This document shows positions 39,187 to 51,317 of a stretch of 64,000 nucleotides of DNA, one piece after another; the stretch's first letter is position 1; each line of letters starts with the position of its first letter. Origin of the DNA: Harriotta raleighana (lineage: Eukaryota); NCBI GenBank assembly GCA_050575255.1, contig JBNZDD010013633.1, positions 626,792-690,791 of the forward strand, written 5' to 3'. The notes below the pieces were generated by a model. It saw nothing but the letters and a program-made list of their open reading frames with translations. It had not been told where the DNA came from and did no database searches. Both the position numbers and the translations under genes were made by a program.

Positions 39187-42100
39187 CAGAATTTAATACA
39201 TTCTCACATTTGGTGTTATCCAGATGCAAACTCCAGGCCTTCTTCTCCTATAAGTATTTTACCTTTTTTGATGCAGCTACTGAATGGGAAACACAAAACA
39301 TTTAATTTTATCAGCTGAAAATTATATGTAACTTTCTTTGTATTTGTCTGATTTCAGCTGTCCTATTTTAGCGTTGCTCTCTGCTTATGCCATTTCCAAG
39401 TTTCTCCCTCTGCCTGTATCTCTGATCAACCTTCCACAACTCCAACATAAAATTCAGTAAACAGCTGAAGTTCAATGTGAGAATCTTTTACCCTTTTGAG
39501 CTCACAAGTCAGGCAGTACCATTTCATTATGCAGTGTCCAGAATAATAACTGATTGGAAAATACTGATTGTAATTACTCTGTTGTAAGTACTAACAGATC
39601 AGATTGAGTAGTTCAGGGGATGATTAATTAATATGCATGTGCATCTATACTCAGTCTATTTAATTACTGAGAGACCTATTGGTACCTAATTCCAGTACTC
39701 TAATATTAGAATCAAAGCATGTGGTTTCAGATCATAGGACCTCATTGCATAAATGGCAGTGTGATATTCGTGGCTCAGAAGAGAGAGTAAGATAGACTGT
39801 CACAGACAAAAATATGGCTTAGAACATTTTACTGGAAAACAACTAAGGGGTGAAATAAAAGAGACACAGAAAGAAAAAGAAAATTACATTCAAAATCCAT
39901 TTACCAGTTATCATAAACAAAAAACCTCTGCAGTATTTATCTAATTCACTCTTTAAAAACTTAGTAATGGTAATTTTATAACTGTTCATACATTGATAAC
40001 TCATCTCTTTTGAGAAGTGAAAATGAACCATTGCTGCACATCTACATTCATACAATTATTTATTTACTTATTTTAATAGATGTGCTAAAATATGTCATCT
40101 CTACTCTGTTTAGTTATAAACCACAATGTAACTCAAAATATTCTTGTGCGGAAGTTAGACAATGTCTCAATTTATCAATTGGCCAGTCAACAAAATGAAG
40201 ACATCATCAAGGCCCCTATTTTCAAATAAATAAATAAAAATAACACTTGCATTTGATATAATCTCATTGAGATGTCTCAAAGTGCTTCACAAAATTTTTA
40301 CTGTCGAGTGACTGTAATATTTGTAGGTGAACTAACACATCGATTGATATATCTCAAATCATCATTTTCATCTCCTGTCCCAGAGTAATGTAGCAAAGTT
40401 GAAGGAACATAAATGTCAAATATGTGATATAAATTTAGAATTCTGAAAATATTGAATCAGATCTGTGAAAGTTGAATCCACAATACTTTCTCAGCTTTGA
40501 AGTGATATGTATAAATATTTCCTGATAATGGAAGGATCCTCTATTTATGCAACTCGGATTGTACACCAAGGAATCCTGTTGAAAATATGTTTAATAACTC
40601 CATTATCCAAGCATGNTTGAATCCACAATACTTTCTCAGCTTTGAAGTGATATGTATAAATATTTCCTGATAATGGAAGGATCCTCTATTTATGCAACTC
40701 GGATTGTACGCCAAGGAATCCTGTTGAAAATATGTTTAATAACTCCATTATCCAAGCATGTTAGTTATCCAGAATAGTTTAACATCGCATAATCACTCTA
40801 TCAAATAATGAATAGAAATTAAAGCTATGTTTTAAGTATCATCTTATGCAGTTTGATATTTACTGCAAAAAAATCAATTATATGGTTAACACAATTGTCA
40901 CCAAGTTTAGATTTTAGCTTTTACTCACCAAATAATAATATGGCTGCAAATTGCAAAACTGGAGGAATGAAGAATGTAACACAAGAGGGTTTCATGGTGT
41001 CTGAGACTTTCATTAGGAAAGAAATGTGGGATGGGCTAGAGAGGCTTAGTCACATTATTTTGTGACGCTTAGAATTTATTCGAGGTTATAGATATTGCGA
41101 AACATTTTAGAAAATCTGAAAAATACTTTGTTCATTTTGTGTGACACAGAATAACTAAAAATATTTAAATCTCAATAGATAATTGCATTGTATAATTTGA
41201 ATAAATTATTGATAATGTGAAGTTCTAATGAATATGCATACTATTTTGAAGAAAATAATTTCACGCACAATATCTTCTGCAGCGTGATTTACAATGCATT
41301 ATACAATACTTATTGTCCATTGGATTATGAGAACAATGTCACTTATACACAATAGCCCTGATAAAATCTTTGCAAAATGAAAGCAAAATTATTAAAATGT
41401 GAATCTAACTTACTACACCAAAGACAAATATATTTTCAATTCATGTACTGTTCCTGGACTGAGTAGGCATTATGAGCCTTTCAAATGCAAGTTAATTATG
41501 AGCCTATTGCACAAATTGTCCATTTGTTCCCGATAACACCCTTCCATAATCAGGAAATACATATACATATCACTGTAGTATTTTAATTATTGCTTTCAAC
41601 TGATTTTACATTATAATTTGGATCGATTACTATCAATGAGAAAGAACAGCAGAACAAAATTAGGGATGATCATGGCAACATGTTGAATTTAAATGTGTTA
41701 CTAAGATATTCCAATTATAATGAATATAAGATAGAAATATTGACTTTTTACAGTTGAACAAATATTTGATCTGGTCACTGCTAGTCTTAAATTGGGCTCT
41801 ATTAAATATCTAGTAAATATCACATGAATTACATATGTAATCAATTTTTCATAAAACTTAATGCAGCATTTACTTTTCTCAGTCCTCCCTCTTTCACTTC
41901 ATAACATTAGCGGTGGCATAAGGAAGAGTTAATCCAATCAACTGTTGCAGATCCAAATGCCTAGTCAGGGTTAATTTCTCTCCTGCTATTCAGCCTAAGG
42001 TCAGTCCCTAAATACCTACTGACTGGAATAGATGCCAACCTAAGTGGGGGGGAAATACTTCAAGGGGGGTTTACAAAGTACAACATGTCCACAACTGTTT

Positions 42101-42599
42101 GTGGGACATTGCTGTGCGCAATTGGCTGCTGCATTTCGCCCAGTCAATTCACTTTACACTATACTCCATTAGCGCTTTGGGACATCTAGAAGGTGTGAAA
42201 AGCACTGTATCAAATCCAGGGATTATTATTATCATTTATGATGTCAATGCAAATATACATTCATACTGTATATAAATGATGGGGGCCACAAGGGAGGGAC
42301 AGAGTTGGAAACGTGTCTACAATATCAAAATGACTCACTTGGAAATGTTAAGTATCCTTCACTTGGATCCAGATCCTCAGATTGACAGATCTAAATTTTA
42401 CATTGGAAACATAAATTATCTTTTAAACACTGCAGGAATTATAGCCATACATCATTGCCGTATACAGTTATACCACTTTATTTGATAGCGAACAAGCCCG
42501 AAGCATATCACGACACTCAATCAGGTCAGTTATTTAGACCTACATTTCCCCCCTCCACAAAAAACAATTGGGAAGTTTATACCGTACAGTACATTGATC

Positions 42600-42770
42600 A
42601 AGTAACTAACAAATAGGACACAGGGCAGTCCTGGGCGGGTCACGGTTGGCAGGTTGGGCGGGTTGACGCCCAATTGGGCGGGTTGGGATCGAGCTGCGCG
42701 TGAACTAACGAACTCCTATTTTTTTCAAATTTAAACCTGCTCAACGTATTCCTTCCCCCCTCCCCCTCCC

Positions 42771-42814
<44 letters not shown>

Positions 42815-43017
42815 CCCCACCCCCNCGCCTTTGATGATCCTTTTCCCGCACGGTTTCAAAAGCAATGACTTAAACCGCCCACTCTGCCAGGCAATGCAGA
42901 AGACTGGGCTACTGTTGGGCTGGGTTTTCATGGGCTTTGGGCTACAAACGTGTCAGTGTCAGCCACAAACCTGATAAGGGGACCAGCCTGGGGGGGGGGG
43001 GGGTGGGGGAGGGACAC
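42600..43017 (+). promoter_or_regulatory. GC-rich promoter / 5' UTR region of GRAMD1C
   Basis: Clustered GGGCGG boxes and CCAAT at ~42630-42690, poly-C and poly-G tracts, directly upstream of the first coding exon. Confidence 0.55.
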
Positions 43018-43083
43018 ATGGAGGAAGAGGAGGAGTGGATGGAGGTGGAGAATTGCACTGCTGACCCCTCAGCCCTCAATCAG
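43018..43083 (+). CDS. GRAMD1C: GRAMD1C (Aster-C) coding exon 1
   Basis: MEEEEEWMEVENCTADPSALNQ|GTCTGT; phase 0 matches the next exon. The start could instead be the second ATG. Confidence 0.6.
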
Positions 43084-43745
43084 GTCTGTGTGTGTGTGTG
43101 TGTGTGTCAGAGTGAGAGAGAGTAATGTAAACTATAATAATAATCATCCTCACATTTGACCTCGCGCTTTATCACACCTTCCAGGTGTCTCACAGCGCTT
43201 CACGGAATTCACTGTGAAGTGATCTCCCCCTGGATATCCATGGGCCAAGTGATACTGTACATTCAGAGCAGGGGGATACATCAACAACAACAACAACAAC
43301 AAAATTACACTTATAGAGCGCGTTTCACGTCAGGAGGACGTCCCAAGGCGCTGACATCAAGTGTTTGGTCCGTGCAAAACAGCTGCCGTCTCCCCTTTCA
43401 CACCCTTTCCAACACCAGCAACAAATTTCATATAGTCGTACAGCGGTTTCACTTAGCGAGGCTGTCCCAAGGCACTGGTCAGTTAAGCGCTTGTACCCGA
43501 GCTGGGGTTTGAAGTCACTTGGGGATGGAGGGTAAGGCGCTGGGCAGGCGAGTGGCTGAACGCATCGGGAACATAGGAACAGGAGTACGTCATTCAGCCC
43601 TTCAAGTCTGTTCCACCATTTGATTAGATTATGGCTAATCTGTACCTCTACTAATCCTTTCAATTCCAATTTTCGATTTCCACTGTATACGAAAGCTGCC
43701 GAAACTTTTATCCTTGCCTTTGTTATCTGTTGGCTTGACTACTAG

Positions 43746-44420
43746 GGGAATCCTGTTGCTCAATGGTTAGAGCACTGGTGTTATAAACGAGAAGCCAGGG
43801 TTCGTTTCCAGCCAGGGCAAAACCTTGGGCACATGCCTGATAATAATCACTCAAAAATAAATTGGTCATTTCATTCCGCAAGTGTTTGTGGGACACTACT
43901 GTGCACAATTAGCTGCTGCGTTTCGCTCACAAATATACAGTCAATATACTTTACAGTATATTCTGTGAAGCACATTCAGACATCTAGAAGAGGCTGCAAG
44001 GATTATTATTATTAATGTTAATTTCCTGCTTTCTCCTCGTATTCCTTAATACCCCAACCTTACCAAAAATTCTTGAAGGTGTGAATAGATTCAGCATCCA
44101 TAACAATAATCTTTGCATTTGATATAGTGCTTTTCATATCTTATCAACGTCTCAAAGCGCTTCACAGAATATACTGTAAAGTGAATTGACTGTACATTTG
44201 TGGGTGAAATGTGGCAGCCAATTGTGCATAGCAGTGTCCCACCAACATTAGTGGATTGAAAATGAACAATTTTTTTTATTATCGTGTTTTTTTGCATGGA
44301 TTATTATTAGGCATGTGGAGTAAGGAAACTTGCCCAAGGTTTCGCCCTGATCTGCTTGGATTCAAACACAGGTCTCATGCTTGCAAGGCGAGTGCTCTAA
44401 CCACTGAGCTACAGGAGATC
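43746..44420. mobile_element. Two SINE copies tail-to-tail (43746-44014 plus; 44100-44420 minus)
   Basis: Same family in inverted orientation, about 85 bp apart. Confidence 0.8.
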
Positions 44421-44482
44421 CACTTATTAGTTATTTGGAGAGGACAGGTTTGCAGGGCTATGGATTTCTACCATCCTTTGAT

Positions 44483-44867
44483 GCGTTTCGCCCACAAATA
44501 TACAGTCAATTCCCTCCAATTTTCCCCCTTGCCATTTTTTCCCCCCTTTTTTCCCCCATTTCTGTGTGTGTTTGTGGGACACTGTTGTGCGCAAATTAGC
44601 TGCCGCGTTTCGCCCACAAATATACAGTCAATTCCCTCCATTTCTCCCCCTTGCCATTTTTTCCCCCCTTTTTTCCCCCATTTCTGTGTGTGTTTGTGGG
44701 ACACTGTTGTGCGCAAATTAGCTGCCGCGTTTCGCCCACAAATATACAGTCAATTTTTCCTACTCCTTTCCCTGAGCCCCCCCCCCCCCCCCCACTTGGC
44801 TGTACAGCGCTTTGGGACGTCCTCCCGACGTGAAAGGCGCTATATAAATAAAATTTTGATTGATTGA
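44483..44867 (+). repeat. SINE-tail element with a 122-bp internal tandem unit (two full copies plus the start of a third) and (GATT)n tail
   Basis: GCGTTTCGCCCACAAATATACAGTCAATT starts at 44483, 44605 and 44727. Confidence 0.85.
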
Positions 44868-45614
44868 TACCTGATTTCACTCTTAAATTGCTTGATTCTA
44901 ATTTTAAGACTATGTCCCCTTGTTTTGGATTCCCCCACCATGGGAAATAGCTTCTCTCTATCTACCTCATCAAATCCCTTTGTTGTCTTAATAGCTCAAT
45001 CAAATTGTGGTCGAAGAGAAAGATCTTGAGACTGGTGTTAAGGGAAGCAAAGGGAGGGGTGGGTGGTTTGCAGAGGTGGGATTGCAGGATGGAGATCCAA
45101 AGGATGGGAACAGAAAAGATGAAGGCCTGACCTCCAATGGTGTTATGATGGGGGACAAGAGCAGGTCAATGCCCATTGAATGGAGGGAGAGTACAATGTG
45201 AAGAGGTTGCAGAGGCAGATAGGAGCGTGACTGTGGAGCTTTAAATGTGAACCCCCAAGGTTTTCTAACACAGGGGTGGCGTTTGCCCCACTGGGGAGTC
45301 TTGCAAAACTAAATTGTGGGGCCTCTGCCAGTGTTGCCGGCCATTGGACTGGGTGAGCACATTTGCTAAACCAAATCCCGAGACACATACAGTTTTTTTT
45401 AAAATGAAACTCACTACAATTCCTGTTGTTGGCAGTACTGGAGAAGCTTGTGGGATTGATGGCTGTATTTATCTGATGAGTGTATGTATCTGTATGCATG
45501 ATCATTTATTGTACATCAAATACCATTTGCATGTTGATTGAAGAGCAGCCTTTGAGGTTCAAATATATTGCTACATTATTGAAACACATTTGTTCTCCCT
45601 TCATTTGTACATAG

Positions 45615-45740
45615 GTAACAAACACTGAACAACCCTTGAGCAACTTTAATTCTTTCTTAGATTTGTCAAGTCACGACCAAGACTCAGAGAAAACATGTTC
45701 AGCTAATGCCCATGACTGGAGTACAGACTGGAATTTTTGG
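45615..45740 (+). CDS. GRAMD1C: GRAMD1C coding exon 2
   Basis: VTNTEQP...NAHDWSTDWNFW; the W-rich end matches my recollection of the GRAMD1C N-terminal motif HNWSGDWSFW. Donor GTGAGG. Confidence 0.8.
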
Positions 45741-46209
45741 GTGAGGATGCTCTACTTGAAAATCATCATTACAAAAATATTGAAAATTATCATTAGAATT
45801 TTTTAACTTAAATTATATATAATAATAATCCCTCGAATGGCTGCCATATTTCACCCATAAATATACAGTCAATTCACTTTACGGTTTATTCTGTGAAGTG
45901 CTTTGAGATGTCTAGAAGACGTGAAAAGCGCCTTATCAAATGCAAGGATTATTATCATAGCAGAAAGGGTAGATGGGGATCAAGATATTATTACAATTCA
46001 AGTGTTACAGGAAACGTTTTTAATAAATCAACAAAATAATATTTACATAATGTCTTTCACATAAAGAAATATCTGAAAGCACTTTGCACAATAGAATTAA
46101 TGATAAATGAAGTGAATGTTATGTGAGTAAATATTTTTGTTAATTTGCACAATCATATCCTGAATGAAATGAACACTTTTCTTTGAAATAACAAGGGCTG
46201 GGATGTTAA

Positions 46210-46510
46210 TAATAATTATAATCCTTGCTATTATTGATAATAGCACTTTCCACATCTTCTACACGTCTCAAAGCACTTCACAGAATATACTGTAAAATGA
46301 ATTGATTATATATTTGTGGGCAAAATGCGGCAGCCAGTGTCCCACAAACATTGAGTGACCAAATTATAATTGGGTTTTTTTTCTCTTGAGGGATTATTAT
46401 CAGGCCTGAGGAAGAAGGAAACTTGCCTAAAGTTTCGTCTTGCTGGAAATCAAACCCAGATCTTTTGCTTGCAAGGCAAGTGCTCTGACCATTGTTCTAC
46501 AGGACTCCAC
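46210..46510 (-). mobile_element. tRNA-derived SINE
   Basis: Same family, head at ~46510. Confidence 0.75.
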
Positions 46511-46642
46511 ATGGGAATTCTTTAAGCAAGGCATGCTTTGGTCACATTCCACAGTGTTGAATGTCTGCTTGATACACCTGTGTGGATATAGAGTTTAATA
46601 ATTTTTCACATACAGTAGATTTTCACATTCACGTCAGGCGGA

Positions 46643-47078
46643 CAACAACAACAACAACAACAAAATTACACTTATAGTGCGCGTTTCACGTCAGGAGGAC
46701 GTCCCAAGGCGCTGGACAGATTGGTTCAGGACCCGAGCAAGGGAAAATGTTCAGGGCGAGGGGGGGGAAGGGTGGGAGCAAGGAGGGGGTAGAGACTCGA
46801 GAGGGGAGTTGAAGGCACGGTCGAAGAGAAAGGTCTTGAGACCGGCCTTGAAAGAGGAAAGGGAGGAAGCGAGGCGAAGGCACAGGGGGATGGAGTTCCA
46901 GAGCCTGGGGGCTGAGCGGCTGAAAGCCCGGCCGGCGATGGTAGGACGGTTAGGGCAGGGGATGTGGAGCAGACCAGTGCCAGAGGAACGGAGGGTACGG
47001 GCAGGTAGATAGGGGGATAGTAGGTCGGAGAGGTAGGAGGGAGCAAGGCCGTGAATGGCCTTGTAGGTAAGGATGAGG
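46643..47078 (-). mobile_element. Young 5'-truncated L2 LINE
   Basis: CpG-rich, similar to 370-800, long (TTG)n tail. Confidence 0.8.
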
Positions 47079-47343
47079 ACATCTCAAAGCGCTTCACAAA
47101 AGCACTTTTGCCAAAAGTTCCAAATCAAGTAATTTATAATAATAAACCATAAGTTTGATACAGTGCTTTTCTTGTTGGGAGGACTTCTCAAAGTGCTTCT
47201 TGGGATTTAATGTAAAATGTAGTACAGTATTTCCTTTCTAAGTTTCTGTTTTGAAGCAAACTTGCCAATTTGTGTCCCATAAAGAGAAGAATGATCAAAC
47301 TTATCTTGTTTTATTGTAATAAGTTTATTGTATCATATTACAG

Positions 47344-47428
47344 CTTGTCTATCCCACATACAAGCAAAGGAATGATGAATTCAAAAAACAATTCAAAGAT
47401 CTTCCAGAGTCTGAACCCCTTATAGTAG
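47344..47428 (+). CDS. GRAMD1C: GRAMD1C coding exon 3 (GC donor)
   Basis: LVYPTYKQRNDEFKKQFKDLPESEPLIV(D); the frame requires AG|GCAAGT. Confidence 0.9.
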
Positions 47429-50169
47429 GCAAGTAAGAAACTTTTCAATCAAATTAGATGTTATATAAATATCTAAACTAAAATAGTTTACATGTATTAA
47501 TAGCTTCTTCCCAAAGAGGGAAAGGGAAAGATTGAGCTAATCAGTCTATCTTTTCCAAGACGTTATATGATTAGAGCTATTGGAATTTCAGATTTTCCTA
47601 ACATAATGTTTAATTGTTACTTGCTTAATAACGAGTGGTCAGTTGAAAATGTGCATTTGTCTTCTACATTATTCTACATTATAGTACTGTAAGGCAGAAA
47701 TATTGAATTCTGGAAGAATAAAACCAATCTTGATCTGGGTGACAAAGGTAGTGCGTGTTGGAGGACCAATACAAAGCACTGAAATGAAAAGTGACATACA
47801 CTTTAAGTGGTTTCTTAGCTGCATTCCTGATCGCAATTCACCAGCAGGATATGAGCTGAAATTATTTGAGATTTCCATTATGTTCCTCCTATCTTACTAT
47901 CTAGTGGTATTAGTAGTGATCACTCCTGGACAGAAAATGTGTGTAACCCATGGGAGGGTCTTTCAGGGGATGGACAAACATTAGATTGAGGCCATTTCAA
48001 TCGCAAGGAAATGACATTGCTGGCGGAATATCCATAGAAATACCATTAGAGGACAAGGACATTCAAAATGACAACAAAGTGCAGGATGAAAGAAAATTGT
48101 TGATTCACGATATTCAATCAGATTGGCCAGAGAGAGAATTTGTTCCCCACCTGAGATTATTCCAGATGCAAGAATATTTTACAGGATGACTAAGTGAATA
48201 GCATATCTGAATGTTGCCAGACTTTGATGTTATATGACTTTGTGGAGCTCTATAGCTCAATGGTTAGAGCACTCACCTCACAAGCTAGAGGACCTGGGTT
48301 TGATTATCAGGCGAGGCAAAACATTAGGCAAGTTTCCTTACTTCACATGCCTCTGTTTACCTAGCAGTAAGTAGGAACCCAGTTGTTAGTCGATTGGTGG
48401 ATCACTTTTCTGGGGGTAATATTCAGCGCCTTGGTACCCATCCTGACATGAAAGGCACTATGCAAATGTAACTTTGTATTGTATTTTGTATTCTCTTCCA
48501 GAAAAAACGTAAAGAAAAAAATAATTTGATCACTCAATCCACAACTGTTTGCAGGTCACTGCTGTGCGCAATTCTCTGCTGCATTTTACCCTCAAAGTAT
48601 ACAGTTAATTCACATTGCAGTATTTAAGATGTTTCAAAGATAACAACAACAAAATTACATTTTTATAGCACCTTTCACATTGGGAGGACATCCCAAGATG
48701 CTGGACAGTCAGTGTTTTGGACCCAAGATGGAGGTCGGAATCGGGGAGAATGGAGGACCGTGGGGGGTGGAAGGAGGGTGACCAATGCAGGGTAGAAGAG
48801 GAAGGTCTTGAAGTGGATCTTGAAGGAGCCAAGGGATGGGGCAAGGTGGAGTGAGTGTAGGATGGAGTTCCAAAGTGTGGGGGAAGAATGTCTGAAGGCT
48901 CACTAGCCAATGGTGGGGCAGGCAATGGTGGGGCAGGCAATACTATATCAAATGCAAATGCAAGGATTATTATTAAGAGAGAAACAACAACAATTTGTTT
49001 ATTGAATTTATATAGTGTCTTTCATGTCAGGAGGGCATCCCACGTGCCCTTATGAAGAAGATGCAAAACTTTCTTCTGCAAACTCTGGGCTAACACTCTG
49101 GGAATATTTTCACGAGATCTATGAATGGCCTGATCAAGCAGAAACATACTCTCCTACAGAATGCGCTGGATGGGCAATGGGAACATCCCGAGTCTCATGT
49201 GATATCAGTTTCTCTGGGCTGCTGTTGCAGAGCCTCCAGCTTGAATGAGTATCCTGCAAAAGGTTTAATGAAATATCACAAATAACTCAAGGGGTTTCCT
49301 CCAGATTGGCATTGTAGTGCAAACTGTGGATTCTAGGTGGCAATTCTTTGGGAGACTAATACTGTATTATTTCCTCATGGTTGATATCTTCAGAACTCAA
49401 TGAAGACAAATATTGAAGCATGGATCATTTTCTATTATTGACACTGGATCACACATGCACTTGAAATTCAAATAGACTGTTGCAGGCAACTTGAGAAGCA
49501 GAACAGAGATGCGGTTCAAATCCAGCAAAATATTTTTGGGACGCAATGCGTAATCAATATCAATCAATATCAATCAATATCAATCAATCAATCAAAATTA
49601 CATCTATATAGTGCCTTTCATATCCCAAGGTGCTGAACAGTCAGGTAGGGATCAGAACAGGGGGTGAGGGGTAGGGGGAAGGAGAGTAGCAAAATTGACT
49701 ATATTTGTGGGCGAAACGCGGCAGCCAAATTGCGCACAAATGTCCTACAAACAGTCACAGAAGTGGGGCCAGGGGAGAAAGGGGCAAAAGAGGGTAAGGG
49801 AAAGGTGGGGTAGAGTAAAGTCAGAGAGTAAAACATGGATGAATTATTTTTATTTTATTTTTATTATTGTTATTTTTCCCTTAATCAGTAGAAGTATATA
49901 CATCACCAAACCCTTCAATGAAAGTACTGTGAGAGAAAATTGTGCAGGTAATTTGTAAAACATTTCACAAAAACATAACAAGTGAGATTTTAAACTTCTG
50001 TTGATGATAGTCTCACCAAGAGAAAGAAGTTGTTATTTGAAAGGCAACTCTGCAACAGACAACATATTTAAATGCCTTAAAAGTGCCAAGAGTTTCCAAA
50101 ATGTTTTGCTACAAGTATTGCAACATTTGATTGTCTGATTTCTATTTTCTCTGCTTTCTGTTGATACAG

Positions 50170-50273
50170 ATTATGCATGTGCATTACAGAAGGATATATT
50201 GTGTCAGGGACGCCTCTACCTCTCTGAAAACTGGCTTTCTTTTCATAGTAATATCTTTCGGTGGGAAACATCT
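50170..50273 (+). CDS. GRAMD1C: GRAMD1C coding exon 4 (GRAM domain)
   Basis: DYACALQKDILCQGRLYLSENWLSFHSNIFRWETS. Confidence 0.95.
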
Positions 50274-51221
50274 GTAAGTAACTTTATGTGGGAGAAAAAT
50301 TGCTAAAATTGTCTGACACAAATAAGCAATAGATTGCGGAGTTGGCTTGAAGCTTTTCCACCACATGATATCTGAATCATTATGCTGGTGTTTTTCATAA
50401 TGCATCATCATAGTGAGATATTTCTGTTGCTTGGTGCATCAGCAACAAGGGAGTCTAAACTCTAGATGATGATCAGAAGCTTAAAGGGTGAAGTTGCAAT
50501 TTTTTACAGGTAGGATTGTGCGTTATTACTGAAACTGAGCCAAGAGTTTTAAATACATAAGTGAAGAGTAAAAAATCTAAAACGTATGGAGAGCTTGCAT
50601 GACAGATGTATTTTGTATAATTTATATATTTTTAAAAAGTACTTTTACTGAGATTGTAAAGTGTACAGGGACATTGCCTGAATCCATAGGACATCAACAG
50701 TGTTATTTATTTGTTAATCTCACAAGTTGGAATTTTTTTAACAAGCTTGTCAGCTTGTTTCAGTAGGTAGCCTCATTGCCTTAGTAGGAGGCGCTCAAGC
50801 TTCTGGTTTAAGATCTAACAATTTAACAATTTAATCTGAACCTCCAGTCAGTGCATGTTAACATAGAACTGTTTTGTTGGAGGTGTAGCCCTTCGGATGA
50901 AATTTTAAATCAAGGTCGCATTAACCTGATCTGATGGATGTTAAAGATCTCATGGTTGAAAGAGAAGGGAGTTTTTCCTGGTGGCTTGGCCAACAATCCT
51001 CCAAATGAATTTGTCATTCACTTCTTGATTGATTGTTTAAGGAACATGCTGTACACACGTTGGCTGCTATATTTTACTTACACTTGACAATTATTCACAT
51101 TACATGCCCTTTGTCAAATGTAAGAATTACTATAAATAATTAATTGTTTATCAGAAGTTTGTACTTTAAGTACCACTGATCATATTTGTACTTTTATCGA
51201 TAAAGCATTTTTGTTTAACAG

Positions 51222-51317
51222 ATTACACTTTCTTTGAAGGACATTATCTCTATGACAAAAGAGAAAATGGCAAGACTAATACCCAATGCTATTCAGATTT
51301 GTACAACCACTGAAAAG
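51222..51317 (+). CDS. GRAMD1C: GRAMD1C coding exon 5
   Basis: ITLSLKDIISMTKEKMARLIPNAIQICTTTEK. Confidence 0.95.

Noticed and set aside
40472-40760. 144-bp direct tandem duplication (40472-40615 and 40617-40760) differing at one base
   Set aside because: The copies sit either side of a single N (40616). This is the signature of an unmerged contig overlap, probably with a heterozygous SNP, rather than a real duplication.
42750-42830. Very long poly-C run (possible G-quadruplex/i-motif) in the GRAMD1C promoter
   Set aside because: It abuts an N at 42825, so the homopolymer length is unreliable.
44256-44880. 203-aa ORF with an internal repeat; superficially CRISPR-like periodicity
   Set aside because: Produced by a SINE plus the 122-bp tandem unit. 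There are no unique spacers and the context is eukaryotic.
45661-45740. Internal acceptor TCTTTCTTAG within GRAMD1C exon 2
   Set aside because: Its use would be out of frame with exon 1; the upstream acceptor at 45615 gives a continuous frame.
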